Assembly: GCA_963675525.2 (NCBI GenBank)
Contig: CAXXSL010000016.1
Location: 800,001-864,000, forward strand
Length of the DNA: 64,000 nt
Direction of reading: 5' to 3'
Source: Anaerohalosphaeraceae bacterium
GTDB lineage: Bacteria > Planctomycetota > Phycisphaerae > Sedimentisphaerales > Anaerohalosphaeraceae
Shown: piece by piece, positions 47,964-58,410 of the stretch
How positions within the stretch are numbered: the stretch's first letter is position 1
Layout of the letters: each line of letters opens with the position of its first letter
Notes under the pieces: generated by a model
Told to the model about the DNA's origin: nothing
What the model saw: the letters and a program-made list of their open reading frames with translations, nothing else
Database searches by the model: none
Program-made: the position numbers and the translations under genes

Positions 47964-48455
47964 CTAATCGGCAAATAACTGCGGCTGGTCGCCGATTTCG
48001 TCCTGAGAGATCGCTTGGCTGACTTCGTCCAGCAGGTCGTCAGCATCAGTAAAATCACGATACACACTGGCAAAACGAATATAGGCCACGTTGTCCACCT
48101 TACGCAGACATTTCATGGCCTGTTCGCCGATAAACAAAGAGGATACCTCTTTGTCATAATGGCGAAAGATTTCTTCTTCGATGCGGTCGGCAATATCTTG
48201 GGTCTTCTCCGCGGAGACCGGGCGTTTGTAGCAGGCTTTTTGCAGGCCGGCGATCACTTTTTCACGGTCATAAGGAATGCGTGTTCCGTCCTTTTTGATG
48301 ACATTCAGCTTGAAGGATTCGCCGATCTTTTCGTAGGTGGTAAAGCGACGTTCGCATTGAAGACACTCCCGGCGACGGCGAATCACGCGTCCCCCTTCGC
48401 TCGACCGTGAGTCGATGACTTTATCGTTATCCTCTTTGCAGAACGGGCACCTCAC
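47964..48455 (-). CDS. nrdR: Transcriptional repressor NrdR
   Basis: RCPFC, VIDSR, IRRRRECLQCERRFTTYE, VAYIRFASVY; GTG start. Confidence 0.97.
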   Translation of the reverse strand: MRCPFCKEDNDKVIDSRSSEGGRVIRRRRECLQCERRFTTYEKIGESFKLNVIKKDGTRIPYDREKVIAGLQKACYKRPVSAEKTQDIADRIEEEIFRHYDKEVSSLFIGEQAMKCLRKVDNVAYIRFASVYRDFTDADDLLDEVSQAISQDEIGDQPQLFAD

Positions 48456-48493
48456 AAGACCATCCCTGTCCATTTTAACCGGCGTCATTTGGG

Positions 48494-48544
48494 TTACTAT
48501 ATATCAATTTCGTACAATCTTAACATCTATATATAGTATGTCAA
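48494..48544 (-). promoter_or_regulatory. Tandem NrdR boxes over the nrdR promoter
   Basis: catCTATATATAGtat and ttaCTATATATcaatt, 30 bp apart; minus-strand TTGACA-16 nt-TAAGAT. Confidence 0.7.
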
Positions 48545-48783
48545 CACCCATTTGGGAAAAGAATTATCGGTCGTTGCGGGATTTTTTTGATAATCGGAAC
48601 ATTTCCATAAAATATTCGCCGGTTTTTCGATTATTGTCCCGGACGTCAGGTAAAGCGCTTACGCATCACGGAAAAATTAACACAGATAACATTTATGGAA
48701 AGCGTTGAATATAAGGGTGGATTTTTGTATAATGGAACTGTAACGAAAATAACCAGTGCGGTCTTCTTTTCGGGGGTTTTAAA

Positions 48784-51723
48784 TTGAGCCAACAATTTAG
48801 TCCGTCAATGATAAGAATCATTTATTTTATCCTTATAACGTTTTTTGTAAGTTTAATTGTGTCGCCGGCGCAGGCGGCCTTTGTGCATCCGGGATGTTTG
48901 TCGACGCAGAATGATTTGGACCGGATGGCGGCCAAAGTCGCAACCAATGCGCAGCCCTGGAAGGGCAGTTGGGATATTCTGGTTTCCAATACGAATAATT
49001 GGTTGGACGACGGCGCGTGGGCGGTATCGACCGTCTATGTCGATTCGGCCAATGGATCCAACAATTACATGAACCTGGCCCGCGCTGCCGCGAAGGCGTA
49101 TCAATGCGCCCTGCGCTATCATGGTTCAGGCGACACGGCTTTTGCGGACAAGGCGATCTATTTCATGAACGAATGGGCCGCCACACACACGGCATGGGAC
49201 GGCAACACGAACGTCAGCCTGCGGGCCGGCCTCTACGGCTATCAGTTCGCCTGTGCCGGCGAGTTGATGCGCAACTACAGCGGCTGGAATCCCTCGGATT
49301 TCAGCGCGTTCCAACAATACATGCTCGATCAGTTTTACGGCATCAACACCTCTTTCCTTACTTACAAACACGGGACGGTTGACAGTCACTACTGGGCGAA
49401 CTGGTGCCATTCGAACGTCGCTTCGATGATGGCGATCGGCGTGCTCTGCGACGACCAAGCCATCTTCGACGATGCGGTGAATTACGTCCTTAACGGTCCC
49501 GGCAACGAGTCGATGGCAAACGCCGTGCCCTTCGTCCATCCGAACGGTTTGGGACAATTTCAGGAAAGCGGCCGCGACCAGGGGCACACTGTGATGGGGC
49601 CGCAGTTGATAGGCACCATCTGCGAAATCGCCCGGAATCAGGGTGTGGATCTCTACGCCTATATGGGCAACCGGTTCCTTGCGAGCGTGGAATACATCTC
49701 CAAATACAATCTCTGGTCCGAGGTTCCCTGGGTCGCCTACCCGTATGTATCCGGTCATCCCGGCAGCACCAGTACCTGGTTTCAGGCATCGATCAGCGCC
49801 GCGGCCCGCGGCTCGATTCGGCCCGGATGGGATTTGGTTTATAATCACTATGTCAATCGCCTCGGTATGTCGGCTCCCTGGACTAAGAAATACGCGGAAA
49901 AAGCCCGTCCCGAAGGCGGCGGCGGTAACTACGGCGAGACCAGCGGCGGCTATGACGGCCTGGGCTTCACGACACTGACGCACAGCCTCGATCCGATTGC
50001 CACGGGAGCTGCACCAAGTAATCTGGTGCTTTATATCCAGGGAACGCAAATTACACTATCTTGGGCGGGCTCAGCTTATGCAACGAGCTACAATGTGAAA
50101 CGCTCGACGACCAGCGGCGGGTCGTACACGACCATCGCCACGGTGGACAGCGAGAGCCTGTATTACGTCGATGCTGGCCTGACAGCGGGTACGACCTATT
50201 ATTACATAGTTTCGGCCAACAACCCCGGCGGCGAGGGTACCAACAGTGATGAGGTCGCCGTTACAGCCGACGGGCAGTTCCACGGGACGATCATCGGCAC
50301 CGACGGTTCCTACGGTGATTCCGGCGCAACGAAAGAGTGGGCCTTCGACGGCGCCCTGTTCAATTACTTCGATGCGCCGAGCAGTGTTGCCTGGGCCGGA
50401 CTGGATTTGGGTCCCGGTGTCAGCGCGGTGGTTACGCAGGTGAAGTATTGCCCGCGTCCGGGCTTTGCCGGCCGCATGGTCGGCGGCAAATTCCAGGGTT
50501 CCAACACGGCCGACTTCAGCAGCGGCGTGACGGACCTGTTTACCATCAGTACCCAGCCGTCCGACGGTGTACTCACGTCGCAGACGATCAGCAACGGCGG
50601 TTCGTTTCGTTACGTGCGTTATTTGTGTCCTGCGAATGGCTGGGGCAACGTAGCAGAAGTCCAATTCTTGGGCAATGTCAGCGGTTTAAACCCCCCGACA
50701 ACGCCAAGCGGTATCAGCGCAAGTTTGGTTAATGGTTATCAGATCGATCTGTCATGGAATGTATCCTCCGGGGCGACAAGCTACACTGTCAAGCGGGCGG
50801 TAGAAAACGGTGAATCGTATACCATCATAGCGAATGTAAACGGCACGAACTACAGCGACATTAAACTGGCTGGAGATACGACTTATTATTACGTTGTGAG
50901 TGCGTTGAACAGCGCCGGTGAAAGCGAAAATTCGAATCCGGCCAGCAAAACGACACAAACAGCAGGCCCAATACTGGCGGCACATTATGAACTGGAAGAC
51001 AACGTTAACGACAGTTCCGGAAACGGTTATTACGCAAGCGCAACGGGATCACCGACGTACACCGCGGGTCAAATCGGACAGGCGATCGATCTGGATGGAA
51101 CAGACGATTACGTCACGCTGCCTCCGGGTGTGGCGGATTCGGACGATATTACTGTTGCTGCCTGGGTCAATTGGGCCGGCGGCGGGGACTGGCAGCGGAT
51201 TTTTGATTTCGGCACGGGTACGAGCCAATATTTTTTTTTGACACCCAGCAGCGGCGGCAGTTACACGCTGCGGTTTGCTATCAAAAACGGCGGGGATGAG
51301 CAGATCGTCGAGACCTCGCAACTGACCACAAACCAGTGGGTGCATGTGGCTGTGACACTGGCCGGCGATCTGGCCACGTTGTATGTCAACGGTTCGCCGG
51401 TGGACACGAACGCCGCCGTTACCATCAATCCGAGCGATTTTACTCTGGCGAACAACTACATTGGGAAAAGTCAATGGCCCGACCCGCTTTTTGATGGACG
51501 GATTGATGATTTTCGCATCTATAACTATGCGCTTTCAGAGATTGCCGTTGCGCGATTGGCACGGCAACAGATGAACACGGAAGACCTTTCCATTCTTGCG
51601 GCCTGGTGGCTGTGGCTGACAAAGGACTGCGGGACAGAAACCGGCTGTTTGGATGCTGACATCGATGGCGACGGAAAAATGAATCTGGCGGACTTTGTGG
51701 TGTTAGCCCAGAACTGGTTGTAG
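48784..51723 (+). CDS. Secreted alginate-lyase-like domain protein with FN3, F5/8-like and LamG domains and a dockerin-like tail
   Basis: FVHPGCL, YWANW, QESGRDQGH, two FN3 repeats, WQRIFDFG/WVHVAVT/FDGRIDDFRIYNYAL, ADIDGDGKMNLADFVVLAQNWL. Confidence 0.85.
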   Translation: MSQQFSPSMIRIIYFILITFFVSLIVSPAQAAFVHPGCLSTQNDLDRMAAKVATNAQPWKGSWDILVSNTNNWLDDGAWAVSTVYVDSANGSNNYMNLARAAAKAYQCALRYHGSGDTAFADKAIYFMNEWAATHTAWDGNTNVSLRAGLYGYQFACAGELMRNYSGWNPSDFSAFQQYMLDQFYGINTSFLTYKHGTVDSHYWANWCHSNVASMMAIGVLCDDQAIFDDAVNYVLNGPGNESMANAVPFVHPNGLGQFQESGRDQGHTVMGPQLIGTICEIARNQGVDLYAYMGNRFLASVEYISKYNLWSEVPWVAYPYVSGHPGSTSTWFQASISAAARGSIRPGWDLVYNHYVNRLGMSAPWTKKYAEKARPEGGGGNYGETSGGYDGLGFTTLTHSLDPIATGAAPSNLVLYIQGTQITLSWAGSAYATSYNVKRSTTSGGSYTTIATVDSESLYYVDAGLTAGTTYYYIVSANNPGGEGTNSDEVAVTADGQFHGTIIGTDGSYGDSGATKEWAFDGALFNYFDAPSSVAWAGLDLGPGVSAVVTQVKYCPRPGFAGRMVGGKFQGSNTADFSSGVTDLFTISTQPSDGVLTSQTISNGGSFRYVRYLCPANGWGNVAEVQFLGNVSGLNPPTTPSGISASLVNGYQIDLSWNVSSGATSYTVKRAVENGESYTIIANVNGTNYSDIKLAGDTTYYYVVSALNSAGESENSNPASKTTQTAGPILAAHYELEDNVNDSSGNGYYASATGSPTYTAGQIGQAIDLDGTDDYVTLPPGVADSDDITVAAWVNWAGGGDWQRIFDFGTGTSQYFFLTPSSGGSYTLRFAIKNGGDEQIVETSQLTTNQWVHVAVTLAGDLATLYVNGSPVDTNAAVTINPSDFTLANNYIGKSQWPDPLFDGRIDDFRIYNYALSEIAVARLARQQMNTEDLSILAAWWLWLTKDCGTETGCLDADIDGDGKMNLADFVVLAQNWL

Positions 51724-51740
51724 TAAGAGTCAGATTAAAA

Positions 51741-51764
51741 AAAGCCGACCTATTGGCCGGCTTT
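51741..51764. terminator. Bidirectional terminator
   Basis: AAAGCCG...CGGCTTT between convergent genes. Confidence 0.65.
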
Positions 51765-51772
51765 AAAATTTT

Positions 51773-52528
51773 CTACATGTGCCGGACATCGGGGTGTTCT
51801 TCGAAGGGCTTATCGATCAGCCAGTAATCTTTGAACCATACCTTTCCCGCTTTGATCTTGACCTTCACGATATCGTCTTCGATGAGCATCCGGATATGGC
51901 TTTCGCCGAGGGTCATGTGGTCAAACGCCATACCTTCCGGGCGGACCAGATGCGCCGCATAGGCCGGCGAGGTCCGCAGTTTGTTCAGGGCGTTATTGAT
52001 GGCCTGGTTAACCATCATGGAGGAGCTTTTCAACATAGCGCTGTCAAACGTTAACTCGGCGGCATCCTTATTGAAGGCGCTCTGAACGGTCTTTAGTATG
52101 GCAATTTGCTTTTCATTATTGTTGGCATACGCCGCATCCAGCACGTCGGCGTCCAGCACCACTTCTGCATCCAGCCGCAGGCCCGGCTTCGGCGTGCGGT
52201 TGATTCCCCTGGTGGTTTCCTCAAGGATAAAAGCGTACTTGCGAACCGCTGTCATGGCGTCTTCGTCGAACGTGATCATATTGAACCAGTGCGTGCGGTC
52301 CTTTTTGCCTTCCTTGCCCCAGACAGCCACGACGCTTTCGCTTTGACTGAGCAATTCGGTATCGGGGTCCTGCGTGGATGACAAAACGTCTGCTGAAGTG
52401 GTCTCTTTCAGCGTGGTCGTGTAGTAACGGTCAAAGACCAGTTCGTAAGAATCCAGCGGATCGCTGCATCCGGTCAAACACAGAACCGATCCGATCATAA
52501 GCGTCAGAAAGAAACAATTCGTTTTCAC
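51773..52528 (-). CDS. Hypothetical lipoprotein
   Basis: AGGAG RBS, lipobox LTGC. Confidence 0.75.
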   Translation of the reverse strand: MKTNCFFLTLMIGSVLCLTGCSDPLDSYELVFDRYYTTTLKETTSADVLSSTQDPDTELLSQSESVVAVWGKEGKKDRTHWFNMITFDEDAMTAVRKYAFILEETTRGINRTPKPGLRLDAEVVLDADVLDAAYANNNEKQIAILKTVQSAFNKDAAELTFDSAMLKSSSMMVNQAINNALNKLRTSPAYAAHLVRPEGMAFDHMTLGESHIRMLIEDDIVKVKIKAGKVWFKDYWLIDKPFEEHPDVRHM

Positions 52529-52580
52529 GGTCTCGCTCCTAAATGGTTATCGGGCGTTTAAAAATGCAAAATGGCACAAA

Positions 52581-52605
52581 AAAGGGCGGTATTGAACCGC
52601 CCTTT
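52581..52605 (-). terminator. Terminator after ilvC
   Basis: AAAGGGCGGT/ACCGCCCTTT with a T tract on the minus strand. Confidence 0.75.
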
Positions 52606-52622
52606 CCATTTTTTTATCGGCT

Positions 52623-53624
52623 TTAGACTTCTTTGGCGTTAACCCATTTCATCATTTTTCGCAGTTTTCGTCCCACATCTTCGAGTTGGCTGCCGTGGTC
52701 TTTGTCGTAGAGGGCGTTGAAGTTTTTCATGCCGGTCTTGTACTCATTGACCCATTCTTTGGCAAATTCGCCGGAGGTGATTTCGCCGAGGATTTTTTTC
52801 ATCTCTTTCTTGGTTTCGGCGGTAATGATGCGCGGGCCGCGGCTCAGGTCGCCGTATTCGGCGGTGTTGGAGACGCTGTACCGCATGTAGCTTAGACCGC
52901 CCTGATAGAACAGATCCACGATGAGTTTGACCTCGTGCATGCATTCAAAGTAAGCGATTTCCGGCTGATACCCGGCCTCAACCAGCGTTTCAAAACCAGC
53001 CTTGATTAATTCGCTGAGGCCGCCGCAAAGCACTGCCTGCTCGCCGAACAGGTCGGTTTCGGTTTCTTCCTTGTAGGTCGTCTCGATAATGCCTGCGCGG
53101 GCGCCGCCGATGCCGTTGGCCCAGGCCAGGGCGACGTTCTTGGCGTTGCCGTCTTCATCTTTTTCGACTGCGATCAGGCAGGGCACGCCGCCGCCTTTCT
53201 CATATTCGGCGCGAACCAGGTGCCCGGGTCCTTTCGGGGCGATCATGACGACGTTAATGCCTTCCGGCGGGGCGATGTAGCCGAAGTGAATGTTAAAGCC
53301 GTGACAGAAGCCCAGCGTTTGTCCGGGTTTGAGGTTCGGGTGAATGTCTTTTTCGTAGACCATCGCCTGAACTTCGTCCGGCAGGGTCACGATAATCAAT
53401 GCGGCGCCTGCCATTGCCTCGGCAATGGAGGTCGGCGTGAAGCCGTGCTCTTTGGCCAGCGCGAAGTTGGCGGTTCCGTCCAGTTCGGCAACGGCGACTT
53501 CGATGCCGCTGTCACGCAAATTCTGGCTGTGGGCGTGTCCTTGGCTGCCGTAGCCGATGACGCAAACCTTTTTGCCCTTGAGTGCATCCAGCGGGGCGTC
53601 TTTTTCATAGTACATTGTTGCCAT
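52623..53624 (-). CDS. ilvC: Ketol-acid reductoisomerase
   Basis: [49 protein letters not shown]. Confidence 0.97.
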   Translation of the reverse strand: MATMYYEKDAPLDALKGKKVCVIGYGSQGHAHSQNLRDSGIEVAVAELDGTANFALAKEHGFTPTSIAEAMAGAALIIVTLPDEVQAMVYEKDIHPNLKPGQTLGFCHGFNIHFGYIAPPEGINVVMIAPKGPGHLVRAEYEKGGGVPCLIAVEKDEDGNAKNVALAWANGIGGARAGIIETTYKEETETDLFGEQAVLCGGLSELIKAGFETLVEAGYQPEIAYFECMHEVKLIVDLFYQGGLSYMRYSVSNTAEYGDLSRGPRIITAETKKEMKKILGEITSGEFAKEWVNEYKTGMKNFNALYDKDHGSQLEDVGRKLRKMMKWVNAKEV

Positions 53625-54020
53625 TTTTCTCTATTCTCCTGTATTTGGACTTTATCTTGCTTTTCGCCTTTTATTGTAAGGGGCTTAAGATACGCCAAAA
53701 GACAGGTGTTTTCAACCTATTTCCTTGAATAATGCGGGTTGTTTTTAACCATGAATGAACACGAATGGACACAAATTTGTTTTTAACTCAAGGACACCGA
53801 AGACACTAATTGGGCTTGAATGGGGTTTGTATTTTGGAAGCAGTCCGTTGTTATGTAGCGTTAAAAAGCTTTAGATAAATGATTTACAGTAATTTTATGG
53901 GTTTGAGAGTTGGGTTTTTTTTATAAAAACCATGGGGGCATGTTGCATGAATTTCAGCAAATTCGGACAAGAAATAACCTTTGAATGCACATGATTTTAG
54001 TCAGAAGGCCAACTTTTTTT

Positions 54021-54062
54021 CAAGAGAATTCTCTTGGAATGGGAGTCTTAAATTGCTATAAT
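54021..54062 (+). promoter_or_regulatory. Sigma70 promoter with an overlapping perfect 16-bp palindrome
   Basis: CAAGAGAATTCTCTTG overlaps TTGGAA-17 nt-TATAAT. Confidence 0.55.
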
Positions 54063-54270
54063 AAACGGAGTTGTGGCTTTTACTGCGGTTGCATAGACGG
54101 TTTTTTGTAATAAAGCGGTACGGAGGATGTGGTGACAGGAGAGATATCTGAGTGTGTTCTCATGTCTTTTGCCAATGTGGTTTTGTTCTGCGCCTTTGTC
54201 TTCCATTTCTTAAATTCGGATGTTAGCGTATCGAGGTTATAACGATGTATGTTATGTGGAGGAAATAAAG

Positions 54271-55116
54271 ATGAAAAAAGATGTGTTGAAAGTAGTATTA
54301 GTGTTGGTGGTGGCAATGAGCGTGGCATCATATGGCGCGACAGTTGCCCAGTGGGACTTTGAAGATGGCGTGGCCGGGACTCCCTTTACCCCAGCTGGGG
54401 GTGCGGGTTCGGGTTATACGTTGGACACAGTCGCCGGTTATGAGATGCATGGCTGGGATGACTATTGGGGGCCCGGTTGGGCAGATGGATCTCCGGGCGG
54501 CACTGGCAGCTTGGTGATGAACAATGCGGATAATCACCAAGATGGTTATTCTTATGATGCAGCATTGACGGCGTGGTCCCCGTCGACCTGGACGATCGAG
54601 TGTGCTGTTTTCCTGGAAGAAATTTCCGGATGGGAAACAATTATCGGCCGTGATGGTTCTACCAATGGCGATGCGGAATCAGATTTCTATTTGTCGAACA
54701 ATGGTATTGACGACAAGATGCGTATCAATGTTGAAACTGTTACAGGTCAACGCTGGATTCTGGATGGCGATTATACAGTCCATGTCAATCATTGGTACGG
54801 TCTGGCTGCCATGAGCGATGGCGTAACTCTGTCGCTGTGGCTTGATGACAGTACCGGCTATCAGATGATTGGTTCGCTTGACATTTCTGCACAGAGTGTA
54901 GCCGATAACGCACTGGCTGCAAACAACTTCAACTGGACATTCGGTCGCGGTTGGTACGGCGGCAGCTTTGTGGACCACATCGATGGGCAGATGGATAACA
55001 TCCGTTTCAGCGATACGGCTTTGGATGCGGGTGATTTAATTCCCGTTATAATTCCGGAACCGGCAACGATGTTACTGCTGGGACTGGGCGGCTTGATGTT
55101 GCGAAAACGCCGCTAA
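54271..55116 (+). CDS. PEP-CTERM protein with a LamG/ConA-like domain
   Basis: Signal peptide, VAQWDFE, GQMDNIRFSD, IPEPATMLLLGLGGLMLRKRR. Confidence 0.9.
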   Translation: MKKDVLKVVLVLVVAMSVASYGATVAQWDFEDGVAGTPFTPAGGAGSGYTLDTVAGYEMHGWDDYWGPGWADGSPGGTGSLVMNNADNHQDGYSYDAALTAWSPSTWTIECAVFLEEISGWETIIGRDGSTNGDAESDFYLSNNGIDDKMRINVETVTGQRWILDGDYTVHVNHWYGLAAMSDGVTLSLWLDDSTGYQMIGSLDISAQSVADNALAANNFNWTFGRGWYGGSFVDHIDGQMDNIRFSDTALDAGDLIPVIIPEPATMLLLGLGGLMLRKRR

Positions 55117-55147
55117 AAACCATCTTCGGATGGACAATTAGAAATAC

Positions 55148-55191
55148 ACGGGGCGGGGTGCGTAGAGTGTGCGCAACCCGCCCGTCTTTTT
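55148..55191 (+). terminator. Intrinsic terminator
   Basis: ACGGGGCGGGGTGCG...CGCAACCCGCCCGT followed by a T tract. Confidence 0.6.
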
Positions 55192-55229
55192 GGCAGGGAA
55201 AACAAAAGGTGTCTGACCTTTAAGTTCTC

Positions 55230-57023
55230 TTAGTTCTTGGGAACACCGTTCACAAAATGATGTGAAGCAACCAAATTGCCCTGTTCGTCCCAGTGGAGGG
55301 ATGGGCCGTGCGCCACATAGCCGAAGAACGGTCGTTTCAAATCACGCGGCTCCGGCTTTAAGTCCCACGTAGACTCGACCTTCTTCTGTCCATTGGGCCA
55401 ATAATGTGTCCAGATGCCGCGATTGGTTTTCAAATCCCGTTTCCATGTCCAGTCAATTGTGCCGTCGGCAAGCCAGTACGTCTCTTCGCCGCTCTTACGC
55501 CCGTTTTCATAGACGACCTGATGTTGTTTGGTGCCGTCTTCATAGTAATCGGTTTGTTCACCTTGGAGTAAATACCGTCCATTGGGGCAAATCCTTGCGC
55601 TCCACGTCGACCGCAGTTTGCCGTTGGGATACGTTTCAGAAAATTCTTTGACAATGCCGCCCGATGTTTCCCGCGATGTTTCACCGGCGGCGGACCATAC
55701 CCATGCTTCGTTAAATTCGTAATGCAGCGGCGGATAGCTGACGGTCGTTAAAATGTGTATGACGCCGTTCGGGGCCTGGCGGACCGTGGTATAGCCCAGC
55801 GAAGGATGTTCTACGCGATGATGCTGGGGCAATTGCACCGGCAGCGTTTTAATATGCCATGTTTGGCCGTTGTCTTTTGATAGTGCCGCAAAACAATTAT
55901 CGCCATAGTCCCAACCCGCAGGAGGAGCCTTTTTCATTTTGTGCATGTAAGAATCGCTCACAAAAATGAGGTCACCGGAGGCTAATCGAATCATTGAAGG
56001 TCGCTGGGCGCTGCTCAGGGGCGGAAACGGCGACGGCTTGCTTTCGCTCCAGGTCGCTCCCCAGTCCGTTGAAATATTTAATGGCGCCCACCCGTTCACA
56101 TTCGAATTTTTGCCGCCCAGAGAAAGCAGTCTCCCTTTATCGTCTAACGGCAGGATTGTGGAATGCCGTCCGCCTGTGCGTCCGCCCATATCATGCCAAT
56201 GGATACCGTTATCGGGGCTGTGCCATAAGAAGCTTTGAGCGCCGTGGCCGTCCATCGCCATATAGATGGATTGGTCCGGCCCGCGGAACGCATTGGTGAC
56301 CGGCTGTGCCGTATAGTCGGCGGCCGGCTTATCGAGTTGGGGAATAGAATATGTCCAAGTTGCACCATTATCGGTAGATGCGGCCATGCGGAACGGGACA
56401 TAATCTGATATATCGCGACCACCGCCAAAGAACCAGATTTTTCCATTGTCGTTCCACAAGAGTCCGGACTGGTCATTTTGCCCCTGTGTTTTGAAAAACA
56501 ATTCCGGCATGTCCCAATCTTCGCTACCATAGCGCAATCGCGCTTGTACGAATGATGTGGAACTATCCGCTTCCGACTTACCTAACGGGGTGCTGAAATA
56601 GACCACCAGCGCGTCCCCGTTCGGCAGAATCTCGAATCCCGGCGAATGATTGTGATGGTACACGTGCGGGTCCATCCCCGTCAGCGGGCCCGTTTCCGTC
56701 TCGGTGTAGCACGGCGGAATCGGCATGGCGAATCGCACCGTGAAATAAGGAACCTCCGGATTCGGCCCGAACGAGGCGGGCTGCGTACTTTGCTTGACGC
56801 AGGATTGATTGAAGGGAACCGGCGTATCCGAATCAATGACAAATTGAAGCTGATTTGCATCCTCCACGGCGGTCATATGCGAGCTGGGTGAAAAATTCGC
56901 GGCTGTAACTTTGATGGTCTCTGTTTCCGCAACAGCCCGGGCCTGGAGAACCAAAGCGATTGCGACAATCACATATCCGAATGACAGAAATGAGATACGG
57001 TTCACTGCAAGTTTTGGTTTCAT
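55230..57023 (-). CDS. Secreted BNR/Asp-box (sialidase-like) protein with C-terminal MORN-variant repeats
   Basis: STDNGATW, SPDNGIHW, STDWGATW, SKDNGQTW; YPNGK/YEDGTK/WPNGQK repeats. Confidence 0.82.
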   Translation of the reverse strand: MKPKLAVNRISFLSFGYVIVAIALVLQARAVAETETIKVTAANFSPSSHMTAVEDANQLQFVIDSDTPVPFNQSCVKQSTQPASFGPNPEVPYFTVRFAMPIPPCYTETETGPLTGMDPHVYHHNHSPGFEILPNGDALVVYFSTPLGKSEADSSTSFVQARLRYGSEDWDMPELFFKTQGQNDQSGLLWNDNGKIWFFGGGRDISDYVPFRMAASTDNGATWTYSIPQLDKPAADYTAQPVTNAFRGPDQSIYMAMDGHGAQSFLWHSPDNGIHWHDMGGRTGGRHSTILPLDDKGRLLSLGGKNSNVNGWAPLNISTDWGATWSESKPSPFPPLSSAQRPSMIRLASGDLIFVSDSYMHKMKKAPPAGWDYGDNCFAALSKDNGQTWHIKTLPVQLPQHHRVEHPSLGYTTVRQAPNGVIHILTTVSYPPLHYEFNEAWVWSAAGETSRETSGGIVKEFSETYPNGKLRSTWSARICPNGRYLLQGEQTDYYEDGTKQHQVVYENGRKSGEETYWLADGTIDWTWKRDLKTNRGIWTHYWPNGQKKVESTWDLKPEPRDLKRPFFGYVAHGPSLHWDEQGNLVASHHFVNGVPKN

Positions 57024-57060
57024 GGAGCGATCCTTTCTTTTTTTGTTTTATCGAGCCCCG

Positions 57061-58377
57061 CTACAACGTCAGCCACTGGTCGATTATTTCATCGATCGCA
57101 TCGGGAAGAATGCCGACCAGCCAGGCCATGTCTACAATCGTAGGACGTTTTCGAATCTCATGCATATGAAGCATGGCGCCGCGAATATGCTCACGCGAGC
57201 ATTTAACATCGCCAAATGTATGCGCGGCGCCGGCTGTTTTAAGGCACTGTTTAATCTGGCCGGCGGGCCGAACCAGCGTTTGACATTTGTCAGTAAATTC
57301 ATTCCACACACGTTCATTGTTCAGTTTGCCGGCCATTGACTGGAGCACGGGTTTTTTCTGTTCGTACTGCGCGTTGACACTGTTGTGCAGTTTGCCCCAG
57401 TATGCGGCATCGGTTTGGGAGGGTATTGAAACACATTTCGGGGCTTTAATTTGAAATATCTTTTCGTACAAAGCGGACGCCACTATCGTGCCGACTCCGA
57501 CCTGTCTGCCGTGGAGGTCGTGTTCGCCTCCGTCTACATTGGAAATCATATCCAGCGTATGGCTGAGCAGATGTTCTCCGCCCGAGGCCGGGGCGGAAGT
57601 GCCGATAATCGTCATGGCGATGCCGGAATAGAATAACGCATTGACCAACGCCTCCAGCGCATCGGGGCGGCATTGCCGGACGTTCTCCGGATGCTCCATA
57701 TAATACGGTTCCAGCGCATTAATCATTTCGGCGGCGGTTCGGCAGAAATGTTCACCATTGAAAATATGATTCATCATCCAGTCGGCGGCACTTACGGGCT
57801 TGGCTATCACATCGCCCAGTCCTGCCGAGGTCAGCTCAAACGGGGCCTCCGCAATCATTGATGGTATCGCAAAGACGGCCAGCGGCGCGCGGGCGGGGAG
57901 CAATGTCTTGACTCCCGCCATTGTGGGCGCGACATTTGCCGAGGTGAACCCGTTCATCGTGGCGGCCGTCGCGATGACCGCGTATGGGATATTCCGCTGG
58001 AAGGCCCACCATTTTGTTAAGTCGTTAATGACTCCGCAGCCTACGGCAAGGGCAATGTCGACAATCGGAATTTCCGATTTTAACCGCTCATAGGTAATAT
58101 CGTCGCAAACAGGCCCCCCGCGGTCCGTGTCGGCAACTACAATCACATCAACGTTCCACCCGCTGCGCTCAAGGGCCTGGCTCGCGGATTTACCCGCGAC
58201 AGACAACGTCCGAACATCGCATATCAGTGCAACCCTGCGCCCCTGGACACAACGCGCCAGCACCCGGGGCATGCGTTCAACGGCATCGGCCGCATAGATG
58301 ATTTCCCGCGTGGGAACCGTATGGCTTTTCCCGCATTGACAATCAAACGTCTTATTGAGCAGTTCGTTGAGTTCCAT
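57061..58377 (-). CDS. sn-glycerol-1-phosphate dehydrogenase family protein (AraM/EgsA-like)
   Basis: CQCGKSH, AVGCGVINDL.K, TAATMNGFTS, AGLGD, PASGGEHLLSH, LHGRQVG. Confidence 0.88.
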   Translation of the reverse strand: MELNELLNKTFDCQCGKSHTVPTREIIYAADAVERMPRVLARCVQGRRVALICDVRTLSVAGKSASQALERSGWNVDVIVVADTDRGGPVCDDITYERLKSEIPIVDIALAVGCGVINDLTKWWAFQRNIPYAVIATAATMNGFTSANVAPTMAGVKTLLPARAPLAVFAIPSMIAEAPFELTSAGLGDVIAKPVSAADWMMNHIFNGEHFCRTAAEMINALEPYYMEHPENVRQCRPDALEALVNALFYSGIAMTIIGTSAPASGGEHLLSHTLDMISNVDGGEHDLHGRQVGVGTIVASALYEKIFQIKAPKCVSIPSQTDAAYWGKLHNSVNAQYEQKKPVLQSMAGKLNNERVWNEFTDKCQTLVRPAGQIKQCLKTAGAAHTFGDVKCSREHIRGAMLHMHEIRKRPTIVDMAWLVGILPDAIDEIIDQWLTL

Positions 58378-58410
58378 AATTTTAGTTATTGGCTCACACC
58401 GTTGTTAACG

